A stretch of DNA of 63,271 nucleotides, counting the filler, from Desulfonatronovibrionaceae bacterium (GTDB lineage: Bacteria; Desulfobacterota; Desulfovibrionia; Desulfovibrionales; Desulfonatronovibrionaceae): NCBI GenBank assembly GCA_046539845.1. It is 3 parts of 3 records of this genome, joined end to end, with 100 filler letters (N's around TTAATTAATTAA, not from the genome) between each part and the next. Parts side by side here need not be neighbours in the genome. Positions count along the whole stretch, not along the records: positions 1 to 29,357 come from JBKHGE010000028.1; 2 more parts are not named here. One strand, given 5' to 3'. Below the pieces are notes generated by a model. It worked only from the letters and a program-made list of their open reading frames with translations, was not told the origin of the DNA and ran no database searches. Below are positions 7,756-17,818 of this stretch, one piece after another; positions within the stretch are counted from its first letter, which is position 1, and each line of letters starts with the position of its first letter. The position numbers and the translations under genes were made by a program.

Positions 7756-9057
7756 ATGATCGAGAGGTACACGCGCAAGGAGATGGCCAAGCTGTGGTCT
7801 TTGGAGAACAAGTTCCGGACCTGGCTTGAGGTGGAGATCGCGGTTTGCGAGGCTTGGCATGAACTGGGCCATATCCCGGACCGGGAGATGCAGATGATTC
7901 GGGAAAAAGCGGATTTCGACCTGCAACGCATTCAGGAGATTGAGGAAAAGACAAAGCACGATGTGATCGCCTTTCTCACCGCAGTGGAGGAGAAGGTGGG
8001 TCCGGCTTCCAGATACATCCATCTGGGATGCACTTCCTCGGATATCGTGGATACTGCCAACGCACTCCTCTTGACCCGGGCGGGGGGGATTATAGCCAAG
8101 GCCCTGGACGATTTTTTGCAGGTTTTGGCCGAGTCTGCGGAGCAATACAAGGGCCGCCTGCAGATGGGCAGGACACACGGAGTGCATGCCGAGCCCACGA
8201 GTCTGGGTCTGAAGCTGGCCGGGTTCTATGCCGAGTTCCGGAGGCATAAAAAACGGTTTGAACACGCCCTGCAAGGTATGCGGGTGGGCAAGATCTCCGG
8301 AGCAGTGGGCACATACGCCCATCTGGTCCCGGAAATGGAGAAGAAGGCCTGCGATTTGCTGGGGCTCGAGGTGGACGAGATATCCACCCAGATTATCCAA
8401 CGGGACAGGCACGCCCATTATTTCACCTCCCTGGCCCTTGTGGCCGGAGGGATTGAGAGGCTGTGCGTGGAGCTCAGGCATTTGCAGCGCACCGAGGTCC
8501 TGGAGGTGGAAGAGGGCTTCAGCGTCGGCCAAAAGGGCTCCTCAGCCATGCCGCACAAGAAAAACCCCATCTCCGCGGAGAACATGACCGGGCTTTCCCG
8601 CCTGGTACGCACCAATGCCCTGGCGGCCATGGAGAATATGGCCTTGTGGCACGAGAGGGATATTAGCCACTCCTCGGTGGAAAGGGTGATTATGCCCGAC
8701 TCCACTATACTCGTGCACTACATGCTGGAAAGGCTTGCCGGCGTGATCCGCAATCTGCAGGTGAATCCAAAGAACATGGACCGTAATCTGGAGCTCTCCC
8801 TGGGGCTGTTCTATTCCCAGAGGGTGCTTCTGACCCTGGTGGATAAGGGTCTGAAGAGGCAGGAGGCCTACGAGATCGTGCAGGAAGTGGCCATGCGCTG
8901 CTGGAGGGAGAAGCTTTCCTTTCCCCATGAAGTCCGCCGGGAGAAGAGGATTACCGCTCTCATCTCCCCGGAAGAGCTGGAGGAAGTTTTTGACCCCGGA
9001 TATTATTTACGCTACGAAGGGGCCATATACAGCCGGGTATTCGGGGAGCGGGCTTAA
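7756..9057 (+). CDS. purB: Adenylosuccinate lyase
   Basis: MIERYTR, HDVIAF, GRTHGVHAEP and GSSAMPHKKNP signature. Confidence 0.97.
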   Translation: MIERYTRKEMAKLWSLENKFRTWLEVEIAVCEAWHELGHIPDREMQMIREKADFDLQRIQEIEEKTKHDVIAFLTAVEEKVGPASRYIHLGCTSSDIVDTANALLLTRAGGIIAKALDDFLQVLAESAEQYKGRLQMGRTHGVHAEPTSLGLKLAGFYAEFRRHKKRFEHALQGMRVGKISGAVGTYAHLVPEMEKKACDLLGLEVDEISTQIIQRDRHAHYFTSLALVAGGIERLCVELRHLQRTEVLEVEEGFSVGQKGSSAMPHKKNPISAENMTGLSRLVRTNALAAMENMALWHERDISHSSVERVIMPDSTILVHYMLERLAGVIRNLQVNPKNMDRNLELSLGLFYSQRVLLTLVDKGLKRQEAYEIVQEVAMRCWREKLSFPHEVRREKRITALISPEELEEVFDPGYYLRYEGAIYSRVFGERA

Positions 9058-9133
9058 GACTCGATCCTTTAAGCCGTCCGCTGGTCCGTATTTCTCCAGT
9101 ATTACTTAACCGTCTGCTGCCGGAGCAAGAGGT

Positions 9134-9706
9134 TTGCAGGAAATCCAAGATCTAAAAGCGAAACTGGCCGGTCTTTTGGCCCGCAAGTCTTACCGGGAGG
9201 GGGATTTCACCCTGGCTTCCGGCCGCAAGAGCGATTATTATTTCGACTGCCGCCAGACCGCTCTGCACCCGGAGGGCGCCTATCTTCTGGGGAGGATATT
9301 TTTGGACATGATCCACGGGCTGGACCGGCCGGTGCACGGAGTGGCCGGGATGACCCTGGGCGCCGACCCCCTGGTCTCGGCGGTAACAGTGGTGTCCAAC
9401 TTCCACGAGGATCCGCTCCCGGGCATGCTGGTGCGCAAAAAGGCCAAGGGATACGGCACCGGAGCCTATCTGGAAGGCACGGCCAATTTCCCGGCCGGCG
9501 TGGCGGTGTGCATGCTCGAGGACGTGGTCACCACCGGGGGGAGTGTGCTTTTGGCCTGTGAACGGGTACGAGAGGCCGGATACCGGGTGGGTGCGGTTTT
9601 CTGCGTTCTGGATCGCAATGAAGGAGGCAGCGGTGAGCTGGAAAGGCACGGCTATGAACTGCGTTCCATATTCAGCCGGGAGGATATCGCGGATGCGGCC
9701 GGCTAG
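9134..9706 (+). CDS. pyrE: Orotate phosphoribosyltransferase
   Basis: FTLASGRKSDYYFD, VRKKAKGYG and the PRPP-binding EDVVTTGGS motif. Confidence 0.95.
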   Translation: MQEIQDLKAKLAGLLARKSYREGDFTLASGRKSDYYFDCRQTALHPEGAYLLGRIFLDMIHGLDRPVHGVAGMTLGADPLVSAVTVVSNFHEDPLPGMLVRKKAKGYGTGAYLEGTANFPAGVAVCMLEDVVTTGGSVLLACERVREAGYRVGAVFCVLDRNEGGSGELERHGYELRSIFSREDIADAAG

Positions 9707-10277
9707 GTTGTTTTCCGTGCTTTTGGCCGCGTTTTTTGTTGCGGCCTGCAGCGGGGGACGCCAGCTGGAGTCTGTTCTATGGCCGGAAACCGGAGGGGAG
9801 TATTACCCCGTGGTCAAGAAGTGGACCCGCGTGGACGAGTCTTATACCGGCATGGAGGGTCAGGTCTCGGCGGTCGCCACCCTGAAGACCAGGGAGTGGC
9901 GCAGGGCCTATACCCGGGAGAAGAGTGCGCTTTTTCATTGGGACGAGGAAAAAAAGGAGCGTTTTGCCCGGACCATGCAGGAAAACGCGAAAAAAAACAC
10001 CGAGTTTTTCCTGGCCGTGCACGGCAGCGACAAGGACCATGCACAGCTTGAGTACAACAGTCAATTATGGGAAGTGTTTTTGAACACCGCGGACGGGGAG
10101 CGGGTCTATCCCCTGGGGATAAGGGAGGTCGAGACCCCGCTTGCGGAGCAGGTTCATTTCTTTCCTTATGTCAACCGCTGGAAAAAGACGTATACTTTGA
10201 CTTTTCCCAAGGTCCGGGAACAAGGCGTCTCCCTTATTATAACCGGCCCGGCCGGAAAACTGGCTTTGAACTGGTAG
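9693..10277 (+). CDS. Lipoprotein of unknown function
   Basis: SD GGAGGA, then MRPARLFSVLLAAFFVAAC with a lipobox; overlaps the pyrE end. Confidence 0.8.
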   Translation: MRPARLFSVLLAAFFVAACSGGRQLESVLWPETGGEYYPVVKKWTRVDESYTGMEGQVSAVATLKTREWRRAYTREKSALFHWDEEKKERFARTMQENAKKNTEFFLAVHGSDKDHAQLEYNSQLWEVFLNTADGERVYPLGIREVETPLAEQVHFFPYVNRWKKTYTLTFPKVREQGVSLIITGPAGKLALNW

Positions 10278-10281
10278 GATC

Positions 10282-11550
10282 TTGATCAGAAGCATCGTCT
10301 TTTTATTGTTTCTGCTTTTGGCCTCCGGTTACGCCCGGGCCTGGGAGCCGGTACTGTATTCAGATCCGAACGGTCCGCCCAAGCTGCTGGCCGTGAACAA
10401 GGACGTCCAGCAGCTCCTTTTGTTTTCCAACAACAGCCCCCTGCAAAAGACGGCCACCATGCCCTGCAGTACGGGCCAGGTGCGCGGAAGCAAGCTCCGG
10501 GAGGGGGATCTTAAGACTCCGGAGGGTATCTATTTCATCGAGAACTTCCTGGACCAGGGGCTTGATTTCGAGAGATACGGCAATCTGGCCTATACCCTTA
10601 ATTTCCCCAATCCCATGGATAGGCTGGCGGGAAAGACCGGTCACGGTATCTGGATCCACGGCCGGGGGCACCGCATAGCCTCCTTTGAGACCAAGGGGTG
10701 TATTGCTCTGAACCTGGAGGATATCCGGGAAGTTGGCGATGAAGTTCGGCTGGGCAGGACGCCGGTGGTCATCGGCCGGGATATCCAGTGGGAAAGTAGT
10801 CCCTCAGAGGATAGATCCAAAATATCCGCCCGGCTGATTCGCCGGACCAGGGAATGGGCCGAAGCCTGGGCGGCGAAAAAGAGTGTGTTTTTCGACATGT
10901 ATTCGGCTGAGGATTTCTCCAGTTCCCAGGGCAGGGACTTTGCCGCGTTCAGAAACAGAAAAGAGGCTTTGTTCCGGCAGTATTCCTGGATCGATGTCTG
11001 GCTGCACGAGCCCAGGGTGATCAGGGGCCCGGGGTACTGGGTTAGCTATTTCGGCCAGGTATTCAACGCCCCGGGATTCTACTCCGCAGGGATAAAAAGG
11101 CTCTATTGGAAAGAGGACGACCAGGGACGCTTTCGGATTGCCGGCTCCGAATGGAGGGGGCTGGAGCGACAGAAGCTAAAGGACCTGTATCTTGCAAAGC
11201 GCAATGAGGAACTCACCGCTTTTATCCGGAAGTGGAAAGAGGCCTGGGAGGAGGCGGATCTGGAGAGCTACAGGCGGTTCTATCTCCGGGACGTGGTCCA
11301 GGACGGGCGGAACGGCCTGGAGGCTGTCTCCAGGCACAAATCCGAGCTGTGGGAATCCGGCCGGGAGCCGGAAGAGATCCAAATGACAGAGCTCAAGCTG
11401 TCCATGTGTCCGGACGGCTTTTGCGCCAGCTTTATCCAGGACTACCGGGACAAGGAAGGGTATGCGGACAAGGGGATCAAGACCCTGGTCATAGTCCCCG
11501 GTTCCTCCGGATGGAGGATCGCAAGGGAAGAGTGGAGGGGTATGAATTGA
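10282..11550 (+). CDS. YkuD-family L,D-transpeptidase/carboxypeptidase (Csd6/Pgp2-like) with two NTF2-like C-terminal repeats
   Basis: Signal peptide; EGDLKTPEGIY, YP/FPNPxD-type and GIWIHG...TKGCIAL catalytic motifs; repeated WxxAW...Y segments. Confidence 0.88.
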   Translation: MIRSIVFLLFLLLASGYARAWEPVLYSDPNGPPKLLAVNKDVQQLLLFSNNSPLQKTATMPCSTGQVRGSKLREGDLKTPEGIYFIENFLDQGLDFERYGNLAYTLNFPNPMDRLAGKTGHGIWIHGRGHRIASFETKGCIALNLEDIREVGDEVRLGRTPVVIGRDIQWESSPSEDRSKISARLIRRTREWAEAWAAKKSVFFDMYSAEDFSSSQGRDFAAFRNRKEALFRQYSWIDVWLHEPRVIRGPGYWVSYFGQVFNAPGFYSAGIKRLYWKEDDQGRFRIAGSEWRGLERQKLKDLYLAKRNEELTAFIRKWKEAWEEADLESYRRFYLRDVVQDGRNGLEAVSRHKSELWESGREPEEIQMTELKLSMCPDGFCASFIQDYRDKEGYADKGIKTLVIVPGSSGWRIAREEWRGMN

Positions 11551-12245
11551 AGCCTGCCAAGTACAACGTGCTTTTCATGCGTGACGACCGGGGGGTGAAG
11601 CGGTTCAGGCTCTCTTTGAGCTGGATTAAGTTTTTTGTCTTTTCCCAGGTCCTGCTTTTGATCCTGGCCGCGTCCGGGGGATATTTCAGCGTGAGCTTCT
11701 TTAGGGACAACCAGGAGCTAAGCGCCAGACTGGCCGTTTTGCAAACGGAGCTCACCGAAACCCGTTCCGAGCTCAGGCGCCTGGAGAATGTCCGCCAAAT
11801 CTTGAACTCCTTTGACGAGAAAGAGGTAAGCACTGCACTTCAGGCCCGGTCCAACGACACGGATTCCGGGCCTTCCAATCTGAACCTGGAGGAGATCTTC
11901 CAGCACCAGGACAAACAGGTGGTGGCTGTAGACCATATCCAGGCCCGGGTGGGGGATTCCAAAATCCGGCTCAGATTCGAACTGAATAATCTTTTGGACG
12001 ACCGTAAGGTCTCCGGATGGGTCAAGATCAGCCTGGTGGCCAGGGACGGTACCGTAGTGGATCTGGATGTGCAGGATCCTGATCTCAATTTTGAGATAAA
12101 TCACTTCAAAAAAGTGCATACCTCCTTTGGGTTTCATGAGCTTGTCCCCCGGGACAAGCTTTTTGCCATCCGCCTGACCATCACCAACGAAAAGAAACAA
12201 GTAATCTACAGTGAGACATTTCCTCTCAGCGATATTATTGTCTAG
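11547..12245 (+). CDS. Single-TM, coiled-coil protein of unknown function
   Basis: TTG start overlapping the upstream TGA; short N-terminus, TM segment, heptad-like stretch, then a beta-rich domain. Confidence 0.75.
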   Translation: MKPAKYNVLFMRDDRGVKRFRLSLSWIKFFVFSQVLLLILAASGGYFSVSFFRDNQELSARLAVLQTELTETRSELRRLENVRQILNSFDEKEVSTALQARSNDTDSGPSNLNLEEIFQHQDKQVVAVDHIQARVGDSKIRLRFELNNLLDDRKVSGWVKISLVARDGTVVDLDVQDPDLNFEINHFKKVHTSFGFHELVPRDKLFAIRLTITNEKKQVIYSETFPLSDIIV

Positions 12246-13968
12246 CTGTCTCCTGGGAGGGCTTTTCCCTGGTGCGGCAGCCGGACAGAGCTTTGATCTG
12301 TTTACCGGGACATTCTATCCGCTTCAGGTCCACTACGTGCAGGGGGAGCAGGCCGGGCCCACGGTTATGGTCCAGGGCGGTGCCCAGGGCGATGAGGTGA
12401 CAGGAGTGCTCACCGCCGATATTTTGCGCCGATCGCGGGTAAAAAGGGGCAATCTCATTGTCATCCCCAGGGCCAACGTCCCCGCCCTGGATTGGGGCCG
12501 GCGCCAGGTAAACGTGGACCTGAACCGCCGCTTTGACCGTGACTACGCTGAATTCTATGAAGATATCCTGGCTCGGGCCATAAAGTTTTTCGCCGCCAGG
12601 AGCGACGGACTGGTCCACCTGCACGAGGGCTCCGGGTTCTACAGCCCGCAGTATATAAACAGCTCCCGCAATCCCGGCCGCTTCGGTCAGTCGGTGATAA
12701 TCGACTGCACCGCCTATTCCGGGGTTCCGGATCTGGGTGAGATGGCTAGCCGGGCTATAGACCGGGTCAACCCAAGAGTAATCCCCAGCAGGTACGTATT
12801 CACCCTGTTCAATACCCGCACCTTTGACCAGGATACCGAGCACTCCGAACAGCGCAAGTCTTTGACTTTTCACACCGTGAGTAACCTACGCAAGCCGGCC
12901 ATGGCCGTGGAGGTCTCCAAGGACATCCGGGATCTGGGCTGGAAGGTAAAGCAGCAGCTGAGCATGACCTGTGAGCTTTTAGACAATATGGGGGTGGTGG
13001 TTGAGCCGCCTGAGGATGCAGAAAAACGGGCCGCCTCCTGGTACAACGGCTCCATCCCCCTGGAGATTAACGGCCGCTCCCTGGAGGAGGGCGGCGGCGT
13101 TGCCCTGAAGCGCATGTCCGTCCTGCGGGTCGGGTTGACCAGGGAGACAAAAAGGTCCTGGTCGGTTTCCCCGGCTGGAATGCCGGAGATTAACCTGCTT
13201 ACCTCCGAGGCCGCCGCCTTGACCGACTTCGATCACCTGCGGGTGGCAGTGGACGGCCGGGCGGTGAAAGAGGTCCCGGTGCACTGGACCGGTCCCAAAC
13301 CCGAGGGGGCGGGCAAGAGTCCCATTTTGGTCTATTCCTTGAACGGGCGCCTCCGTTTCTCCCCGCCGGGGGGTGACATCCCGGCCCGGCCCGGGGACAG
13401 TCTTTTTATTCACGGCCTTTGGGGGGAAAAGGGACGGGAAGTGCTTAATATCAAGGGATATGTCAGTGATCTCCAAAACAATGACGGCCAGGACAAGCAT
13501 TCCCGTTTTGTCCTTTTCCGGGAGCAGTTTATTGACCGCTATATCCAGGAGGACGGCCGGGGGTTCAAGGCCAAGATAGTCCGGGAGACGCCCGGTAAAC
13601 CGGAAAACGAATGGCTGCTGCGCGTGCGTCCGGATCCGGCCCCACAGGTTTTCTGCCGCAGGGGCCGCGAGTGGCGCAGCCTGATAACGGACAGGGAAAA
13701 TCGTGTCCCCCCGGGTACGTATACGTTGACTGTCCCGGACAGGAAACATATCCTGTATTCGCTCCCCGGGCACATTGGGCCGGTGCAAGAGCCCCGGCTG
13801 AGCCTGCAGTCCGGGCAGAGGGTCGATGTGGAGGTGATGGATGCCCGCACCTTTGAGCCTATGGAAAAGATTTTGATCCAGGCAAACGGGGAGATCAGGC
13901 CGAACAGGGCCTCCAACCTCAAGGACCGGGTACTTTATCGGCCGCTTGGCCCGGAGGCCGGGAAATGA
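12211..13968 (+). CDS. M14/M99-family metallocarboxypeptidase (Csd4/Pgp1-like)
   Basis: Signal peptide; GGAQGDE (Gln-x2-Glu), DLNRRF and HLHEGSGFY motifs; late AVEVSK Glu. Confidence 0.85.
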   Translation: MRHFLSAILLSSCLLGGLFPGAAAGQSFDLFTGTFYPLQVHYVQGEQAGPTVMVQGGAQGDEVTGVLTADILRRSRVKRGNLIVIPRANVPALDWGRRQVNVDLNRRFDRDYAEFYEDILARAIKFFAARSDGLVHLHEGSGFYSPQYINSSRNPGRFGQSVIIDCTAYSGVPDLGEMASRAIDRVNPRVIPSRYVFTLFNTRTFDQDTEHSEQRKSLTFHTVSNLRKPAMAVEVSKDIRDLGWKVKQQLSMTCELLDNMGVVVEPPEDAEKRAASWYNGSIPLEINGRSLEEGGGVALKRMSVLRVGLTRETKRSWSVSPAGMPEINLLTSEAAALTDFDHLRVAVDGRAVKEVPVHWTGPKPEGAGKSPILVYSLNGRLRFSPPGGDIPARPGDSLFIHGLWGEKGREVLNIKGYVSDLQNNDGQDKHSRFVLFREQFIDRYIQEDGRGFKAKIVRETPGKPENEWLLRVRPDPAPQVFCRRGREWRSLITDRENRVPPGTYTLTVPDRKHILYSLPGHIGPVQEPRLSLQSGQRVDVEVMDARTFEPMEKILIQANGEIRPNRASNLKDRVLYRPLGPEAGK

Positions 13969-14040
13969 TCCCGAAGGGCCGTGTCGGGCGGCGGGCCTAG
14001 CCAGGGCTGCTTTAACCGGGCAAAACAAAAAATACTCGCA

Positions 14041-14901
14041 ATGAGAAGATTCTTCGTCAATCTCCCCTTACGCTATATTCGGAAAAGCCGCGATTACCTG
14101 CGTTTCTTCCTGCAAAGTTCCCTGAATCCGGAGCTAGGCATGGACGCCGTGGTCCTGGAGGAGGCTCCGCAAAGCTGGCACCAGGAGGTGGCCGCCGCGA
14201 TCCAAAGGCAGGGACTGGCCCCGGCCGTGCACCTGCCGTTTATAGACATCCATCCCGGCAGTCCGGATCCCCTGCTGCGCCGGGCCGCAGTGGAGCGCCT
14301 CCGGCGGGCCGTGGATACGGCCATGCTCTACGAGCCGAGGCACTTGGTCGCCCATAACGGATACAATCCGGCTGGATATGAGGATTTCTATCCCCGCTGG
14401 CTGGAGAGCGCGATTTCCACCTGGACCGAACTGGGTCCCCGGGCCGGGGACTGCCCTATATACCTGGAGAACACTTGGGAGAATGAACCCAGTCAGGTAA
14501 AGGATGTCCTGGAGGTCCTGGACAACGGGTTCGGGTTTTGTTTTGACGTGGGGCACTGGCACGCCTTCGGCCGCGGGGCGGAGAACAAGGACTTGGCCCA
14601 TTGGCTGCAGAGCATGGCCCCGCATCTGGCCCATCTGCATCTGCATGATAACGACGGTTCCGCGGATCAGCACTTGGGAATGGGCAGAGGGATGATCCCT
14701 TTTGTGGAGTTCTTCGCTGGAATAGAGCTCTTGGAACTCTCTCCGACTTTCACCCTGGAGCCGCATACCTATGAGGATCTGGAGGAGAGCATCAGATTCA
14801 TGACCGAGCACAAATACTGGCTCTCCCTGGTCGGGGTGTCCAGCAAGAGGCTAGATGAATTCAGGCTTTCCGGCAAGGAGCCTTTTATTCCGGAATCTTG
14901 A
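14041..14901 (+). CDS. Sugar-phosphate isomerase/epimerase (AP endonuclease 2 TIM-barrel) family protein
   Basis: HLPF, LENTWE, CFDVGH, HLHLHDNDG..DQH and TLEPH motifs. Confidence 0.88.
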   Translation: MRRFFVNLPLRYIRKSRDYLRFFLQSSLNPELGMDAVVLEEAPQSWHQEVAAAIQRQGLAPAVHLPFIDIHPGSPDPLLRRAAVERLRRAVDTAMLYEPRHLVAHNGYNPAGYEDFYPRWLESAISTWTELGPRAGDCPIYLENTWENEPSQVKDVLEVLDNGFGFCFDVGHWHAFGRGAENKDLAHWLQSMAPHLAHLHLHDNDGSADQHLGMGRGMIPFVEFFAGIELLELSPTFTLEPHTYEDLEESIRFMTEHKYWLSLVGVSSKRLDEFRLSGKEPFIPES

Positions 14902-15769
14902 GCAGGTCTCTGGTGACTGCGAACCGGCCGGTCCAGTCCGGCATGCAGATCAGCGGCTTGTATCCCCAGTCCAGAAGCAAGGCGTGCAGATACATGATCG
15001 GCGCCTTTTCCCCGCCGTATCTATCGTCTCCGACAATGGGATGTCCGCGCATGGATAATTGGGCCCGGATCTGATGGGTGCGGCCGGTCAAGAGTTTTAT
15101 CTGCAATAGGGTCCCGCCCTGGCGGTACACCAGGGGCCGGACCAGGCACCTGGCTGACTTGCCGCTTTTGGCCGCACTCATCTTCCAGGTCTTGTCTTTG
15201 CCCAGCCGGTCCTGGAGCAGGGTCTCCCCTTTTTCCTCCCACTCGCCGCCAACCCAGGCCAGGTAGTATTTGTCCACCTTGTCTTCCTGCCATTTGGCGT
15301 GCATTTTACGCAAAAAGGAATAAGTCCGGGCAATGAGCACTACCCCGGAGGTGGGCTTGTCCAGGCGGTGCACCGGTGTGGGGGCGAAGTCTTCCTCCCG
15401 GAAGACCGTATGCAGCCGGGAGACTAGGTCATCCTTTATCTTGGTCCCCGGATGGATGGGCAGGCCGGCCGGCTTGTTCAACAAAAAGAAGTCTTTTTCT
15501 CTGTAAAGGATGTTCAGGCTGGCCTGGTTTTCCTCCGGGTCGCGCCTCGGCGTGGCAGTGAATTCCTCATACGGAGGCAGGCGCACGCTCTGGTTCGGAG
15601 ACAGTCGGGCAAAGGGTTTGCATCTGCGGCTATCCACCCGGACTTGACCGGTCCGGATCCAGCGCATGGCCACACTCCTGGGCAGCCCCTCCACGCGGCG
15701 CATGAGAAAGGAAGACAATTTCTGGCCGGCCTCGCTGTCTGTGACTGTCAGGTATTGGACTGAGGGCAT
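14885..15769 (-). CDS. RluA-family pseudouridine synthase (RluC-like, S4 domain)
   Basis: NKPAGL, VHRLDKPTSG, TGRTHQIR and HPIVGD..YG motifs. Confidence 0.93.
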   Translation of the reverse strand: MPSVQYLTVTDSEAGQKLSSFLMRRVEGLPRSVAMRWIRTGQVRVDSRRCKPFARLSPNQSVRLPPYEEFTATPRRDPEENQASLNILYREKDFFLLNKPAGLPIHPGTKIKDDLVSRLHTVFREEDFAPTPVHRLDKPTSGVVLIARTYSFLRKMHAKWQEDKVDKYYLAWVGGEWEEKGETLLQDRLGKDKTWKMSAAKSGKSARCLVRPLVYRQGGTLLQIKLLTGRTHQIRAQLSMRGHPIVGDDRYGGEKAPIMYLHALLLDWGYKPLICMPDWTGRFAVTRDLLKIPE

Positions 15770-15790
15770 GGGCGGAATGGGTGCATTTTA

Positions 15791-15818
15791 TCGGGGCGGC
15801 CCGCTCGGGCCGCCCCGA
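15791..15818. terminator. GC-rich perfect hairpin after the VCBS gene (terminator or processing stem)
   Basis: TCGGGGCGGCCC-GCTC-GGGCCGCCCCGA 12-bp stem; no clear U-tract. Confidence 0.5.
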
Positions 15819-15823
15819 CAGGT

Positions 15824-17482
15824 CTACTGGCCCTGTTCCGCTTCGGCCGGGGCCTGCTCGTCAGTGTCCAGGTCATAGGCCAGGAGCATGGTCTTACGGT
15901 TTTTGAGCCCGGTAGCTCCGGGATAGGTGTTCACTAAGACCACCAGTTCTTTTTTATCGTCGTTGTCTATATCGTACAGGCCATAGTCGGAGATGGTCCC
16001 CTTGATCTGCCTGGTTTTCCAGAAAATGTTCAGTCCCACCCCGTCCCAGAACAGGCAGTGGATCTCCCCCTGGGGAAAGGAGCGGTAGTTCTCGAAGAAC
16101 TGCGAGGACACGGACAGGGGCCGGCTGACCAGGAGTTCATAGCGGTCGTCGTTATCCAGGTTGGTCGGGACCAGCCGGGCGGGCAGGAAATAGAATTGCT
16201 CCATGGCGTCCTTGCCCTCCCCGAGCCCGGGCATGGCTGTGTTCTTTTTCAAACGCATGGAAGAGGCGGCATAGACTTCCTCGGTGGTGAACTGGCGGTT
16301 TTGGCTGTCCGAGTACACCCGGAGGTGGTCGGAATGGGCGACAATGATCTTGTAGCCGTCTTCTTGCGGCAGATAGGCGATATTAAAGACGTTGCCCCAT
16401 TCCGGGACCGAGAGGCGCCTGCCCCGCGTATATTCGCCCTGGCTCTTGGTCATCTCGTACACGCTGTCTTTTTTGAACATCTTGTATGGATCGAGCTTCT
16501 GGCCGATCAGGGTCTTCATATATTCCGGGGGGGTTTTGACCACATTCAAAAAGTAGGGGATGTGCTTTTCCTTGACCTCAAACTTGTCCTCCTTGAAATT
16601 GAGGATAAAGGATTTGACCGAGTCCTCGCCCTGCAGGGCGGAGACCACCAGTTCCATGTATCCGTCCCGGTCCATGTCCATAAAGTTCAGGTTCAGGCAC
16701 TTGTAGGTATTCGGGGTGTCGTAGGTGGCCAGGGGTATGAGCCGGTTGTCCTCGTAGCGGTAGGCATGCAGCTTTTGTTCTTCCAGGATGAACACCTCGT
16801 TTTCTCCGTTCCCGTTCGCGTCGCAGATCACGGTATTCAGCCCGATATAGTTGAAGCTCTGGCTGCGCCACCTGCCCGGGGACTGCGGGGAGTCGGCGTA
16901 CTTGAACTGGGGGTTGAGATAGAATTCCTGATCGGACCGGGATTCGTTGAACACCAGTTCCGGGTTCATGCGGTTTATTTTGCGGGTGGAGTCTTTTCCT
17001 TCCTGCTCCCCGTTTTCTTGCTCCCCGTTTTCCTCCGGTCTGTTGAACACCGCGGAGTTTATTTCCTCGGCCACGCTTTTCAGCTCCGGGATCAGATCGT
17101 CCAGGGTGGTCTGCCGGCTGGCGGGCATGGATTCCCCTTCCCGGGAGACGGTGTTGATGTCCAGGCTGCACTCCCGGCCGGAGATGGTCAGACTGCCGTA
17201 GATCAGATAGTCCACTCCTAGATCCGCTGCGGTCTGGGCGGCCCCGGACTTGCTGTCCGGGATCCCGGTTTCGGAGACTTTGCCCTTTTCCACGGGTTCA
17301 AAATTGTCCGGCCAGGTCAGTCGGGTGGTGAGCATGGATTGGGCTCCGCGGGAAAGGTATTGATAGTCGTCCGGACCTTGGATTTCCAGCGGGAGGACCG
17401 CAAAGGTTTTTTGGGCGGCGGCTGCAGCAGGAGCCGCCAGCATTAAAACGGTCAGCAAGAGAATGATTATACGCCTTGGCAT
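15824..17482 (-). CDS. Secreted FG-GAP/VCBS-repeat protein
   Basis: Signal peptide MPRRIIILLLTVLMLAAPAAAAA; repeated DxNGNGxxE / DxDxDGxxE motifs; SD GGAGG. Confidence 0.85.
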   Translation of the reverse strand: MPRRIIILLLTVLMLAAPAAAAAQKTFAVLPLEIQGPDDYQYLSRGAQSMLTTRLTWPDNFEPVEKGKVSETGIPDSKSGAAQTAADLGVDYLIYGSLTISGRECSLDINTVSREGESMPASRQTTLDDLIPELKSVAEEINSAVFNRPEENGEQENGEQEGKDSTRKINRMNPELVFNESRSDQEFYLNPQFKYADSPQSPGRWRSQSFNYIGLNTVICDANGNGENEVFILEEQKLHAYRYEDNRLIPLATYDTPNTYKCLNLNFMDMDRDGYMELVVSALQGEDSVKSFILNFKEDKFEVKEKHIPYFLNVVKTPPEYMKTLIGQKLDPYKMFKKDSVYEMTKSQGEYTRGRRLSVPEWGNVFNIAYLPQEDGYKIIVAHSDHLRVYSDSQNRQFTTEEVYAASSMRLKKNTAMPGLGEGKDAMEQFYFLPARLVPTNLDNDDRYELLVSRPLSVSSQFFENYRSFPQGEIHCLFWDGVGLNIFWKTRQIKGTISDYGLYDIDNDDKKELVVLVNTYPGATGLKNRKTMLLAYDLDTDEQAPAEAEQGQ

Positions 17483-17818
17483 TGAATTCCTCCGAAATTT
17501 GTATTTTTTGACACCGCCGCGGTTCGGGAGTAATGCGGCCTGTGTTTGGCGGCCGTCCGGGAGGTAACCGCATATGCACCCGCCTGCAAAAGCCCGCTCC
17601 GGCCCGGGTTTTGAGTCCGGACGCTGGCAGCTACTTTTATCTAACAGTTTACAGGCCGGGATGCAATTTGTTGCTGCCTGTTGCCGTGGATAAACCGGGA
17701 GATCCGTGCAAGTCAAAGGAAAAGACCAAACCCAGAGGTACGGATTTTTTCCTTGCCCGGGGGCAAAACCGCGGTTTTGGATACTGTATTCGGATTTGTC
17801 CAGCTAACGGATTGGAAA

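Noticed and set aside
17004..17032. 15-nt tandem repeat (ENGEQ x2); also the GNGNGN repeat near 7425-7448
   Set aside because: Low-complexity protein linkers, not CRISPR or contingency loci.
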